Shown in pieces: positions 1 to 14,545 of a DNA stretch of 64,000 bases; the stretch's first letter is position 1, and every line of letters starts with the position of its first letter. The notes under the pieces were generated by a model. The model did not search any database. It worked only from the letters and a program-made list of their open reading frames with translations, and had not been told where the DNA came from. Origin of the DNA: the human T2T-CHM13v2.0 reference genome, Homo sapiens; the NCBI RefSeq assembly GCF_009914755.1, contig NC_060947.1. One strand, 5' to 3'. The position numbers were made by a program, and so were the translations under genes.

Positions 1-59
1 AATTCTAACTAAAATTTTAATGGAATTTTAGTAATCGAAATTTTATATTGAATTTAAAA

Positions 60-450
60 GGGAAAAAGTATAACCATGGCATTTGTGAAAAAAAAGTGGA
101 AGGATTTGCTCTATTAATATTCAGTTTAAAAGTATAATAATTAAGAGAGTGTGGTGTTCATGAAGAAAGAGACATATTGACTAATGGAATTAAATAAAAA
201 GCCCCAGAAAGAGAACAAGGCATATATAGAATTCTGATATGAAAGATAAAACATTGTAGATTGGCGGGGAAAGAAGGAGATATTCCATTTATGGATATGG
301 GATAACTGACTATTCATATTAGAAAAAGTGAAATTGGATCTCTATTTGTATCTTACACAAAACTAAATTCAAAATGGATGAAGAGTGTAAATTTGAAAAG
401 GTAAAAGTTCGATAATTTTACAGCAAAATATAGGAAAATATCTACATGAA
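60..450 (+). mobile_element. Old L1 (L1M/L1ME-type) ORF2 3' fragment
   Basis: Diverged ORF2 motifs, e.g. 'aaattggatctctatttgtatcttacacaaaactaaattcaaaatggat' (cf. L1 'aaactggatcccttccttacaccttatacaaaaattaattcaagatggat' at ~18450 in this window). Confidence 0.6.
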
Positions 451-464
451 ATATATTTCCCCTT

Positions 465-715
465 TGTTTTTATTTGACAGGTAATAACTGTACATATTGA
501 TGGGATACAGTGTGATATTTTGATACATGCACACAATGTGTAATGATCAAATCAGGGCAATTAGCATATACATCACCTCAAATACTTATTATTTCTCTAT
601 GATAGAAACATTCAAAATCTACTGTTCTAGATATTTGAAAATATACAACAAATTGTTAATTTATAGTCACCCTATGGTGCTATGGAAGCTATAATTCATT
701 TTTCCTTTTCCTATC
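465..715 (-). mobile_element. L1MA-type 3' end fragment
   Basis: 'gtgatattttgatacatgcacacaatgtgtaatgatcaaatcagggcaattagcatatacatcacctcaaa' is the typical antisense L1MA 3'UTR. Confidence 0.75.
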
Positions 716-1035
716 TAGGTATAATTTAAAGCAGATGGTTATTAACACAAACATTACAAAAGGGAAGGGGGATGTGATAAGAGATAGGTAAATGAAGTGC
801 CTAAAAATTAAACATTCATGTTAAACTATTCCTTCAAATGCAATAAAATGTACATTAACCTATGTGTGATATATTACATATAAAATATATGCTAATAAAG
901 GGAGCAGGGAACATTGTAGTGAGAAGGTAAAGAGAGCTGATATTTTTTCACCACTGAATAAGGCAGACGCTTTTAATTTGAGTCAGATTTTTTTAAGCAA
1001 CCCTTTCAGCTGTCTCCTTAACTTCCACCAAGGAG

Positions 1036-1039
1036 ATAT

Positions 1040-1089
<50 letters not shown>

Positions 1090-1220
1090 TTAAATACATT
1101 TCCCTAAATATATTTTTGCAATAAATAGCTTCTATATATAATGTATATATATAATTTTACAAATCATCATATATATAATTTTACAAACCATCATATATAT
1201 ATATATACACACACACACAC
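1036..1220. repeat. Compound (TA)n/(CA)n microsatellite with embedded templated segments
   Basis: (AT)n at 1042-1087, further TA runs, (CA)n at ~1207-1220. Confidence 0.95.
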
Positions 1221-1312
1221 AATTTTACAAACCACCTCTGAACTGACCACAAAGTTTAAGATAGGGAGACTTGGAGAAACCGGAAATATTTTGGTTTGAG
1301 AGAAGAGGGAGA

Positions 1313-1460
1313 GCTGCCCTGCCCTGCCCTGCCCTGCCCTCCCCTCCCCTCCCCCCTGCCCGCCGGCCGCGCCCTGCCTTTCTTTCTTTCCCTTCCTCCC
1401 TTCCTTCCTACCTTCCTTCCTTCCTTTTTTCCTTCCCTCCTTCCTTTCTTTTTCCCTTCA
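1313..1460. repeat. Polypyrimidine low-complexity tract (CCCTG)n/(CCTT)n
   Basis: Read directly from the sequence. Confidence 0.9.
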
Positions 1461-2119
1461 TTCTTGCATTTTGCTCACCCACGTTTTACAGCAGAAAGGG
1501 TTTATGGTAGCCAAAGGTACGGTATACATTTTGCTGTTCATTCGAACAAAGGGAACAGATGAATGAGGGTGATTATGTATATATCAATTATAAATCCTTT
1601 TGGTTATCCACAAGAGAAACCCTAACATAATGCCTTAAATAATAAAGACACTAAAGTATCTCACTTCATAAGTCTGGAGCTCCATAGTTCCAAGTTGAGT
1701 TTAGTGGTTATATTAGGCTGCTGTGTCAGCTTCTCAAATCTCTCAGCTTTGGCTTTTCCTTCAGGATTGCAAGACAGATTACACTGCTTCTAATCTGATA
1801 TTTTTACTGCAAAGTATCAAAAGAAATATTAATTGACTTTGCACATATTGCCCAAGTGCCAACTAGGAGTCAGGGATGTGCCACATTCTATAATACTAGA
1901 AGTAGACCCACACAAGGAAGAATAACTTCACCCCTAAATCCCAATACTGTTCCTATTGAGTAACACTGGCTTAGACCAATCACAGTTCATCCTCTATGGC
2001 TGGGCAGGTGGCACTTGACCAAACTTGTGATTCTGTTAGGAAGGAAGAAGAGGGATGGCGAGCGAGTAGATAAGTATCGGTGACTACAACAGGCAGGACC
2101 AACTCCTTTTGAGCAATTC

Positions 2120-2310
2120 AAATGTGTCAAATACTCTGCTCAGCAGTTTATGTACATTATATCATTTTACTGTCAAGTAAGCCTTCAAGAAAGTTTATTA
2201 TTGTCCGCACTTTACGGGTGAGAAGACTGAGCCTCAATTTGAGAAAAGTAAGGCATTTCCCTAAGCTCCTTTAGCTAACAAGTAGCATCATCCAATTTCA
2301 TGCTCGGTGT
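2120..2310 (-). mobile_element. MIR SINE
   Basis: MIR core 'ctttacgggtgagaagactgagcctca'. Confidence 0.7.
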
Positions 2311-3234
2311 TCACAGAACTTCACCTTTTTATCAAAACAACAACAAAACTTGATTTCTATAATCATGAAGTATACACAGAGCGATAAACATCTCTGACTT
2401 TGCTTCTTCAAGTTGATAAGTGACTCACATAGAAAAATGTGCTTCATGGAATCTAGTCCTTCATTGATTCTCTCATGAATGATGATTATTAACTTGCTCA
2501 GACCATCCCTATACTACTTATAACTGGCTTTAGAATGAATTCCCACAGCTTGCACTGCCTTACATAAACCTAATGTTAAATATTTAGTATAACAAGGGTT
2601 CTTTTAACACTGATATTTGAAAAAGTTTATATACTTTTTCTAAGCCTCAGAATACAAAATATGTTGTAATATCATCCATATTGGTAAATCATATTTTCAG
2701 TTTGTCCTCAATTTCAAGTAAATCCTCAGCCAAATAAACTAGAAAGCTAATACATCACTTTAATTACAATAAATGGAAGTTGCCCTAAATATATTTCTGC
2801 AATAAATAGCTTCTATTATTAATTTTTGAAAGATTAATTTAAGGGGAGATTATTCTCAATAAAATTGGGGATCCTTGGCTGTGAACTGCTATTCCTCATC
2901 TATGTATGTTATATACCATTTTTATTCCTCTACCATGGAAAAACTAATTTCCAATTTTAAGGCATTTGAACACATACATTTATTAAGAAACTATCAATAT
3001 TGTAAATTATATTCTTCATGGTGCCTCACTGGCTAAATTTAAGATGGCAAATTTCTGTAGCGTAGATATAATAAACAAGGCTTAGTTTAGAAAAAAAAAT
3101 ACTGCTTTTCTAGAATTACAATAATATGCTCTACTATTAAAATTAGAAGAAACTTAGTTTTTCCATTGGCATAAAATTGTTTCCCCATTGGGAACATTTC
3201 ATACATAGTGATAATTAATTATGGTAGATGTCTT

Positions 3235-3410
3235 GATTAGTGAATAGAGCATGAGCTTCAAAACCAGGATGATTTGACTTTCAGTTCCAGCTTTGCTTTT
3301 CTAGCTATGTGGTTTTGGGCAAATTATTTAACCTATCTAGGCTTCAGTACCTTCTTCAAAATAGAGGTACTATTCAACTATGAGATAATATTCACATCAT
3401 GTGCATTTTG
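3235..3410 (+). mobile_element. MIR SINE
   Basis: 'ctagctatgtggttttgggcaaattatttaacctatctaggcttcagt' matches the MIR core. Confidence 0.75.
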
Positions 3411-3442
3411 TAAATTCTAATCATTAATAATAATTAAGTTTT

Positions 3443-5197
<1,755 letters not shown>

Positions 5198-5389
5198 TTA
5201 ATATCATAATCATATACTCATTCAGAGTCCAGAACTCTTTATCCATGTGCCTTGGTGGAATGCATGATCTCAATCAATCCAAATCAGATCACTGCCGGAA
5301 CCAGTAGTCAACTATTCAGCAAAATGTCGGGATGGTGTGGTAGAGATAGATTTTAAACCATAAGTAGAACCCATAAGATTTAATGATTG

Positions 5390-5800
5390 ACTTGAGATGA
5401 GTGTGGAAAAATAAATAGTCCAGAACCATACCTGAGTAACTATGGCTTAAGTTATTCAGCAAATGGGGGTACCATTGATAAGAAAATGAATTCTCAAGAA
5501 GAAGCAGGTTTGGGGAGACAGAGAGAGAGAAAAAGAGAGAGAGAGAGACTTTTGAAATTGAAACTTTTAGTTTTCACTTTGGGGTATCCTTGGGACATTC
5601 AAAAACTGACAGCTAGATGGCAGCTTACTAAATGGCCGGGAAGTCAATGGAGAAGTTTCAGATAGGTCTAGAAAAATAGACATTACTAGTATAGTTGAAA
5701 TAACTGGAACTACTAGTGTGAGTGAGATGAATCTAGAATTGTAATTTTAAGATGGCAGTTTTATTCAGAAAATTAAAGGGTGTAAAGGGTAGGAAGAGAA
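5390..5800 (-). mobile_element. L2 fragment
   Basis: Purine-rich L2-like 'gggggtaccattgataagaaaatgaattctcaagaagaagcaggtttggggaga'. Confidence 0.5.
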
Positions 5801-6099
5801 ACAAGAAAAGAAAATATATCCAGACCTGTTTATCCGACTGTTCACTAAATAGCCACACGCACTTTTTATCTTTATAATGCATTACTCATAGCATTCCGAA
5901 AGAATCAGTGTATATGCTATCACTTCTACCTAATATGCCCTTTCTACTTTCCCAGCTACTCCCTATTGTTATCTTTTAGCTAACTCCTTTTCATTTCTAG
6001 GATTCCATTTAATATCGACTAACCCAAAAACCTAACCTGTAAACTCCATTTAATTTCAACTAACCTGGAATGCTCTATGTACATTTGTATCACAGTAGT

Positions 6100-6492
6100 C
6101 GTTATGGACTGAATTATGTCTCCTTCCTTCAAATTTGTATGTTGAAGTTTTAATCCCTAGTCCCTCAGAATGTGACTGTATTTGGATATAGAAATTTAAA
6201 GAAACAATTGACATTAGATGAAGTCACTAGGATGGGCCCTAATCCAGTATGACTTGTATTCTTATGAGGAGTCTGTGACACATAGACACACACAGAGGAA
6301 AGACCATGTGAAGACAAAGGGAGAAGATAAGCCGGCCATCAACAAGCCAAGAAAAGAAGTCTCAGGAGAAACCCAACCTGCTGACACCTTGATCTTGGGT
6401 TTCTAGCTTCCAGAACTGTGAGAAAATAAATTTCAGTTTAATCTACTCAGTCTGTGATACTCTTGTAATGGCAGCTCTAGTAAACTAATACA
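6100..6492 (+). mobile_element. MLT1B-like MaLR solo LTR
   Basis: Starts 'gttatggactgaatt', contains 'ccagaactgtgagaaaataaatttc', ends 'aaactaataca'. Confidence 0.9.
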
Positions 6493-6509
6493 GCACTTTA
6501 ACACATATA

Positions 6510-7205
6510 CTGAAAGAACTGAAATCAGAACTTTGAAGAGATATCTGAACTCCCACGTTCATTATAGCCTTACTCACAATAGACAAGGTATGGAAACAGG
6601 TGAAGTTTCCGTTGACAGATGAAGATTTTAAAATGTGGTATATACGTACAATGGGATATTATTCAGCCTTGAAAAAGAAAGAAATTCCATCATATGCAAT
6701 AACATGTATCAACCTAAAGGACATTATGTTAAGTGAAATAATCTGGTCACAGAAGGACAAATACTGCATGATTCCACTTACAGAATGTATCTAAAATAGT
6801 CAAAATCATGGAAACAGAGAATACAATTGTGGTTTCCAGGGGTGGGAGGTGGTATAGGGGAAATGGAAAGTTGTTTTTCCATTGGTAGAAAGATTCTATT
6901 ATGCTAGATGAATAAATTCTACAGATCTGCTGTACAATGTAGCACCTATAGTTAACAAAATAGTACTGTGCACTTCAAAATTTAAGAGGATAGATTTTGT
7001 GTTAAGTGTTAGTACTGCAAAAACAAACAACAAGTAACAGAAAGGGACACAAAGGAAATTTGGTAGGTGTTAGATATGTCTATTATCTTGATTGTGATGA
7101 TAGTATTAAAGGTATTTGCGTGTGCACAAACTCCTCAAATTGTACTCATTGAATATGTGCAGTTATTTGTATATCAATTAGATTTCAACAAAGCTGGTAA
7201 AAAAT
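6510..7205 (+). mobile_element. L1MB-type 3' end
   Basis: ORF2 C-terminal remnant (MWYIRTMGYYSALKKKEI) plus L1MB 3'UTR ending 'aacaaagctggtaaaaaat'. Confidence 0.85.
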
Positions 7206-7532
7206 AAGAGTTGACTAGCAAAACCAAACAGCACAAAAATGTCAAAATAGAAATTTAAAAATGTATATTTTATAGAGGCAATTGGGACACGTTCAAATAT
7301 GACTGGGCAAAGAGTAGACCCAGGCAACATGAGGCAGAGAAAAAAAAATGCTTTTGTAATAAATCTATAAGACAACCTGACACAAAATTGATGCCCATAG
7401 GCTTATGAATGTTGTGGTGTACTTAGAGGTTCTTCTTGTGGATAATAGGCAAACTGTTGTAGCTCTATGCTATAGCAGATCTTTGGATTTACAAGGTATA
7501 TATTTTTGTATCAATGATATAATTTTACCTTT

Positions 7533-7825
7533 GCACCAGGCACGGTGACTCGCACCTGTAATCCCAGCACTTTGAGAGGCTGAGGTGGGTGGATTGCTTG
7601 AGGCCAGGAGTTCAAGACCAGCCTGGACAACATGGCGAAACCACATCTCTTCTACAAATACAAAAATTAGCCAGACATGGTGGTGCATGCCTGTAATCCC
7701 AACTACTCAGGAGGCTGAGTCAGGAGAATCACTTGAACCTGGGAGGTAGGGGTTGCAGTGAGTTGAGATTGTGCCGTTGCACTCCAGCCTGGGAGACAGG
7801 GCGAGACTCCATCTCAAAAAAAAAA
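7533..7825 (+). mobile_element. Alu (AluS/J-type)
   Basis: Dimeric Alu with A-rich linker and poly(A). Confidence 0.97.
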
Positions 7826-7887
7826 TAGTAATAATGATAAAAAACTTAGGTCTGAAATTTCGTGTATATTGGTCATAGCATGAAATA

Positions 7888-8226
7888 TGTCTCCCACTAT
7901 TACTGTGTGGGAGTTTAAATCTCTTTGAAAGTCTCTCAGAACTTGCTTTATGAATCTGTGTGTTCCATAAATATATATGCACCCAACACGTATCCATAAA
8001 GCGAGGTCTGTAAGAACTTGCTTTAAGAATATGTGTTGGGTACATACATATTTAGAATGGTCAGGTCTTCGTCTCGAATTAAACCTTTTACTACTAAGTA
8101 ATGACACTCTTTGTCTTTTTTGGCTTTTTTTTTTTTTTTTTTTTTGGTTTAGCACCTGTTTTGTCTGAAATTAGGACTGCAACCCCTACTTTTTTTCTGT
8201 TTTCATTTGCTTGGTAGATTTTTCTC
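7888..8226 (-). mobile_element. Orphan internal L1 (L1PA/PB) ORF2 endonuclease fragment with fold-back duplication
   Basis: Minus-strand translation includes '[22 protein letters not shown]' (L1 endonuclease); no 3'UTR. Confidence 0.85.
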
Positions 8227-9627
8227 AAACCCAAATCAGCTTCTTTCAATAACACATTCTGCAAGGAGAGCTAGTATTCTGGTTACTATTCCCTGGCTAT
8301 CAGAATCTTAACTGAAAAGAAAGGCAGGGTCTATTTACTCCAGGAAATTATATGTGACTAACTGAAGGAATTCTGAAATATAGATGATTAAATTATTTAT
8401 GTTAAATGACTCTACTAAAATTCTGCAAAGAGAAGGTCCAGTTTACTATACATACTTATATCCAATGCACAACAGTCTAAGATACATACTATTTTAAGAA
8501 TTTTATTTGCCAGTGGGAGAATAAAGGTAAATAAGATATCATCTTTGTACTCCAGAGCAAGGGACACCAGTGGATAATACAAATACATCAGGCAAATATG
8601 TCTTATATTGTAATTCATTTAGTCAACAAATATTTACAGAGCGCACCAAAGTTAAACTTGAGTGACACTGCTACTACACTACCTCTAGAGATTATAGTCA
8701 GCTTACCCGTCACCCTTACTGATACCACATGAAGCAGCATCCCATGAAGCCAGGTGACAGCCACCACTGGTTTTGTTTTTGAATTTGCTAATACTTTGAT
8801 TTACTAGCATACATACGTAACAGACTGGGACTAACAGTTTCAATATTGACTCAGTTGAGAATGTAGTTCAAACAACACTACTTGCATACTTTCATTCCTA
8901 CGTTTCAGACATCCACTGGAACAACTGCTATACAAAGAAATGCCCCCTTCAACTTTGGTGGGTAATACACAGGTACTTAGTGCCGTCATTGCCAATTCAA
9001 GGCCCAACACTATTTGCCTTAATAGAAAACACTCCGACTTTGCTTTTGCCCCTGGGCTCTCAGTACGTCAACAACTACAGGTTGTGTAACTTGTAGTTGT
9101 GTAGTGTGGAGTTTAATTAAAATTAACAGGAACAGCTGGAGCAGTTTCTACTACTTCTACAATAACTTTAATCACCTTTTCCATCAAAGGTGCCAAACTG
9201 GGAACACTCATATAGACACTTTTTTGGTGAATTGATTAGAAATCAGTCTCATTACAAAGAAATTTCCTTACCTAACTGGCCAGGATAGTTGGATACTAGA
9301 GGCCAGAGAGTCCTAGGTGAAGGCCAGAGTAGGGATTGCGGTAGTTAAGCAAGGAAATAAAATGTTTAAAGCTCCATGTTTGAGCTTATATGCAAGTAAC
9401 AGAAAGATGAAATCAGTTATGTGACATCTTTCACTGACAAACTCAGTAGTAAGAACAGGAAGAGAAAAGGAAGAGAAAGGTGGGAAGGAAATTATGCTTA
9501 CTGAGGTCCTACAATCTGCCAACTATTTAGTTAAACACATTGAACCTTATGACAGGTCCATGAAGGAGAAAAAGAAAACTCATAGAAATTAAGTAACTTA
9601 CCCAAGGTCACATTCTTAGAAAGCTCT

Positions 9628-10020
9628 TGCTATAGACTGAATTGTTGAAGCCCTACTCCCTAATGTGATAGTATTTGGAGATGGGGCCTTTGGGAGATAA
9701 GTAGGTTTAGGTGAGGTCATAAGGCTAGGGCCCCCACGGTAGGATTAGTGCTCCTGTGAGAAGAGGAAGAGTCTTTTTCTCTCTTTCTGTCTCTCTCTCT
9801 CTCTCTCTCTCTGCTGTCTACAAACCAAAAGAAAAAGGTACATCCAACTCTAAGCCAGGAAGAGAGTCCATACTACAGCCTCACCGTCCTGGCACCCTGA
9901 TTTGGGACTTCCAGCCTCCAGAACTGTGAGAAAAAACAAAACAAACAAAAAAATACACTTCTGTTGTTTAAGCCACTGAGTCCATGGTATTTTGTAATGG
10001 CAGCCCAAGCAGACTACCAC
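9628..10020 (+). mobile_element. MLT1A-like solo LTR
   Basis: 'tgctatagactgaat...ggacttccagcctccagaactgtgaga...gcagcccaagcagacta'. Confidence 0.88.
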
Positions 10021-10539
10021 TGTAGTACAAGTAAAGCTACACTTTAGAGCTGAAAATTTCAAAGTCATGATTATCTCATTTCAAAGTTTGCTTTCTTTCT
10101 ACTTAAATTTTACAGTTACATTTATAGGACCCGGTTGATTCACAAGGAATCTAAAAGGATGCTGAAGCCAGAGTTAATCTTATCAGTGGCTGTAGTCTTC
10201 ATAAAGAACTATTATAAGACTGTCAATTCTTCACCAAAATTTGTTAGACTCTGCTTCTTTCTTAATCTTTAAGCATCCTAATTTTTTCTTAGGTCCTAAA
10301 AATTCTCATCATAACAAAGATATCAATATTGACATCTAACACCCAGTCCTGAACACCCAGGACTTTCTCCTCCTTAAATTCACTTACCTTGCTAAATTAT
10401 GAATGCAAACCCTTTCACGAAACTGCTTTATTTTTAAAATCCTAAGGATATGGATGTCTAGACACAGATAGTAAATGTCTCCTCATGGTAGAAGAAGCAG
10501 AATAGCATTATTATTGCAGGAAAAGATTGACTAGGATAG

Positions 10540-10895
10540 TGTATTAGCCCGTTTTCACGCTGCTGATAAAGACATAACTGAAACTGGGAAGGAAAAGAGG
10601 TTTAATTGAACTTACAGTTCCACATGGCTAAGGAGGCCTCAAAATAATGGCAGGAGGCAAAAGGCAGTTCTTACATGGTGGCAGCAAGAGAAAATGAGGA
10701 AAATACAAAAGCAGAAACCCCTGATAAAACCATCAGATCTGGTGAGACTTATTCACTACCACAAGAAAAATATGGGGGGGAACCGCCCGCATGATTCAAA
10801 TTATCTTCCACTGGGTCCCTCCCACAACATGCGGGGCTTATGGGAGTGCAGTTGAAGATGCGATTTGGGTAGGGGCACAGAGCCAAACCACATCA
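10540..10895 (-). mobile_element. THE1A-like solo LTR
   Basis: 'tgtattagcccgttttcacgctgctgataaagacata ... agagccaaaccacatca'. Confidence 0.93.
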
Positions 10896-13814
10896 GAACA
10901 CTAGGATTCACCAAAAAAGAGAAAGGAAACACTAAAAGTAATCAAGGAGAGGGTTCAGGCAGCTTGCCTTGCCAGGAACTGACTGAGACCCAAAAGAGTC
11001 TCTCCTGGACATAGAATAACAGTAAGAGAGAAACTCCCATGGCTCAGGTTATATGATATTGGCTACAGGAGACATCTTGGACCCACCAGGGCCTTGGGCC
11101 TGACATACAGAGCTGTGTAACAATTGCACAGAGACATTGCTCCAGAAAGGGAACCCACATGAAATCCCACAGGCATTCATGCTTACAGAAGCCCCAGCCA
11201 GAGGCTTTTGAGAGCCCAGATACCAATACTGAAGAAATACAGACATGGCTACTGCTGCTGTTCTGCTCCAAAAGGGAGAGGGCAGACAGGGCACTCTCGC
11301 ACACCACTAGGGGAATGGATCCCTGCTATCCTACTGTGGGCTACTGTTGAGAATGAGACTGTACTCTCCACAGCTTCTTGTCTATGCTGCTTGCCTGGGA
11401 GAAACGTTGCCATCTATGGTTTTAGAATCAAGGAACAATTCTGAGAGTATACACTGTGCTGTGTCCCCACCTGCAGTCTGAGTTTGGGCTGACATAGCTG
11501 CAGCCCCTGCCCAGCCAAGGAGGGTAAGGGAAACCAGTCCCTTGTATGAAAATCTAGAAAAAATATCCACTACTCTGTAATGGGTTGCTGTGAGGCTGGA
11601 GTGGTTCACACTCCCCACAGCTCCTTGTCCATGTTTCTCATTTGAGAGGGGTCCTTCCCTCTCTGGTCATAAGCCCAACAGCTGGTACCATTTTGAACGT
11701 TTAAGCAGGGTTGCATACAACCCTTGATCTGAGTTTGAGGTAACATGGCTGCAGCACCACCAAGCCAGGGGAGGGACAGAAGAGACCAAGCTCTTCTAGC
11801 ACAGTTAGGACAATACCCACTGCACTGCTGTGAGTGGCTGCGGGACTGGGAACTAGCTGATCCAACCCATTGTAGCTACCAGGAACAGCAACACTGACTG
11901 CTTGCATCCCAGTGGGATGCTCCACCACTGCTACTGCCATCACCCACACCACACCAGCTGCACAAGGTCCTGAGAACACACCCACACACCTGGTGCATTG
12001 CTCCCAATACTTGCTTCTAAGGAAGATACTTGGAGGCCCAAGAATAAGCCCTCCAGAGCCCACTAATACTGGAGACAGTGTAAGCTGCTCTGAGGCATAA
12101 AAACAGGCACACCCATCCCAATTCTGCCCCCACTGGGACCTGAAGACTGACTCACTTGGTATCCAAGCCCCGAGAAAAACTTTACCACAATGTCAACTAA
12201 TAACTGTACCCTAAGCCACAGAGGAAGTCACAGATACCACAGACCCTATGTACTGCCAAATAAGTCATACAAAGATCACACTATGGCAGGCATTCAAATT
12301 CAAAGCCCAAGTATCTTACTCAATCAACAACATACGTACATCTTCAGGAAAATTTCTTACCTACAAAAGCAATTTCAAAAAAAAAAATGGAACAAGTGAT
12401 TGTTACACCAGAGGTGCAGATATCAATGGAAGGATAAATAAAACATACAAAGTAAGACAATATGACACTACCAAAAGACCACAACAATTGTTCAGCAACA
12501 GGTCCCAATCAAAATTCTTCAAAATGCCAGATAAAGAATTTAAAATATTAATTTTAAATAAGCTAAATTAGATGCAAAATAAGTCAGAGAACCTATACAA
12601 AGTAATCAGAAAATCAATTTAGGATATGAAATAGAAATTTACCAAGGAGACAGATATCTTAACAAAAAGCAGAAAATCTGGAAATAAAAAAAAATATTGA
12701 AGGAAACACAAATTACACTTGAAAGCTTCAATAATAGACTATATCAAGAAGAAGAAAGTATCTTAGAACTTGAAGATAGGACTTTTAAAATAATCTAGTC
12801 AGATAAAAGTTAAAAAAAAATTAGTGAACAAAGCCTTTGAGGCATCTGGGACTAAATATAGCAACTGAACTTATTGGTATTCCTGAGGGGAAAGAGAGCA
12901 AAAAGTTTAGGAAACCTATTTAAAGAAAGAATTGATGAACTATTACTCAATCTAGCAAGAGAGTCACATATCCAGACACAGGGGTCCCAGATATCCCCAG
13001 TAAAAATACATCAGAAAAAAAGACTTCACCATGACAAATTATACTCAGAATGTCTAAGGTCAAAGTGAAAGAGTTTTACAATTAGCAAGAGAAATGCGCC
13101 TAGTCACCTACAAAGGAAACCCCATCAGACTAACAGTAGACTTTTCAGCAGGAACTTTACAGACTAGAAAAAAATGGGATGGCATTTTCAAAGTGCTAAA
13201 AGAGAAGAAAAATAACGGCCAAGAATTTTATATTCTGCCACAATAAGCTTCATAATGAAGAAGAAATAAAATGTTTTCCCAGAGAAGAAAATGCTAAGGG
13301 AATTTGTAAACACAAGACTGGTCTTACAAGCTCAAAGGGGTGTAAAACATGGAAACAAAAGGTCAACATTAATGATCATGAAAAAATATATAAAAATATA
13401 AAGCAATCACAAAATTAAGGAAGAAAAAGTAATCAAATGGTAACACAACATAATCTCATCAAAATACAAGGACTAAAAGACAAAGAAAAGGAAAGAAATA
13501 ATGTAAAAAATAATTTGAAAACAATTAACAACATGACTGGAACAAAGCCCAACATATCAATATGAACCTTGAATGTAAATAGAATAAATACTCCACTTAA
13601 AAGGTACAGATTGGCAGAATTGATAAAAATATATAATCCGACTATATGCTGACTACAAGACATGTGCCTTACCCATAAAGACACATATAGACTGAAAGTA
13701 AAGAGGTGGAAAAATATATTCCACATGAGCAGAAACCAAAAGTAAGCAGAAGTAGCTATACTTACATTAGATAAAACAGTCTTTAAATAAAACATGGTAA
13801 TAAAATGTTAAGGT

Positions 13815-14199
<385 letters not shown>

Positions 14200-14254
14200 T
14201 CAGATCACCCAAGTTTACAACATAAATATTAGTATATCTAAAGAAAGAGATACA

Positions 14255-14545
14255 TTTTTTTTTAAGACAGGGCCTCACTCTGTCACCCAGCCTAGAGTGC
14301 AGTAGTATGATCATGGCTCACAGCAGCCTCAACTTCCTAGGCTCAGGTGAGTCTCCCACCTTAGACTTCCACATAGCTGGGATTACAGGCACAGCATCAC
14401 GCCTGGATAATTTTCTGTACATTTTGTAGAAATTAGGTTTTGTCATGTTGTCCATGCTGGTCTCAAATTCCTGGGCTCAAGTGATACACCTGCCTCAGAC
14501 TCCCAAAATGCTGGGGTTACAGGCATGAGCCACTTAGCCTGGCCA
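14255..14545 (-). mobile_element. AluJ-like, no evident TSD
   Basis: Antisense dimer with J-type 'cctgggctcaagtgat'. Confidence 0.95.

Noticed and set aside
1271-1562. Pro/Phe/Ser-rich ORFs of 79 and 88 aa
   Set aside because: Translations of the CT-rich low-complexity tract.
8885-8978. Plus-strand exon-like segment (tttcattcctacgtttcag|acatcc... cag|gtactt)
   Set aside because: Acceptor is plausible but donors are weak, no partner exons are evident, and no peptide is recognisable.
9071-9100. 13-bp stem hairpin acaactacaggtt-gtgt-aacttgtagttgt
   Set aside because: Short; could arise by chance in 64 kb and has no RNA-gene context.
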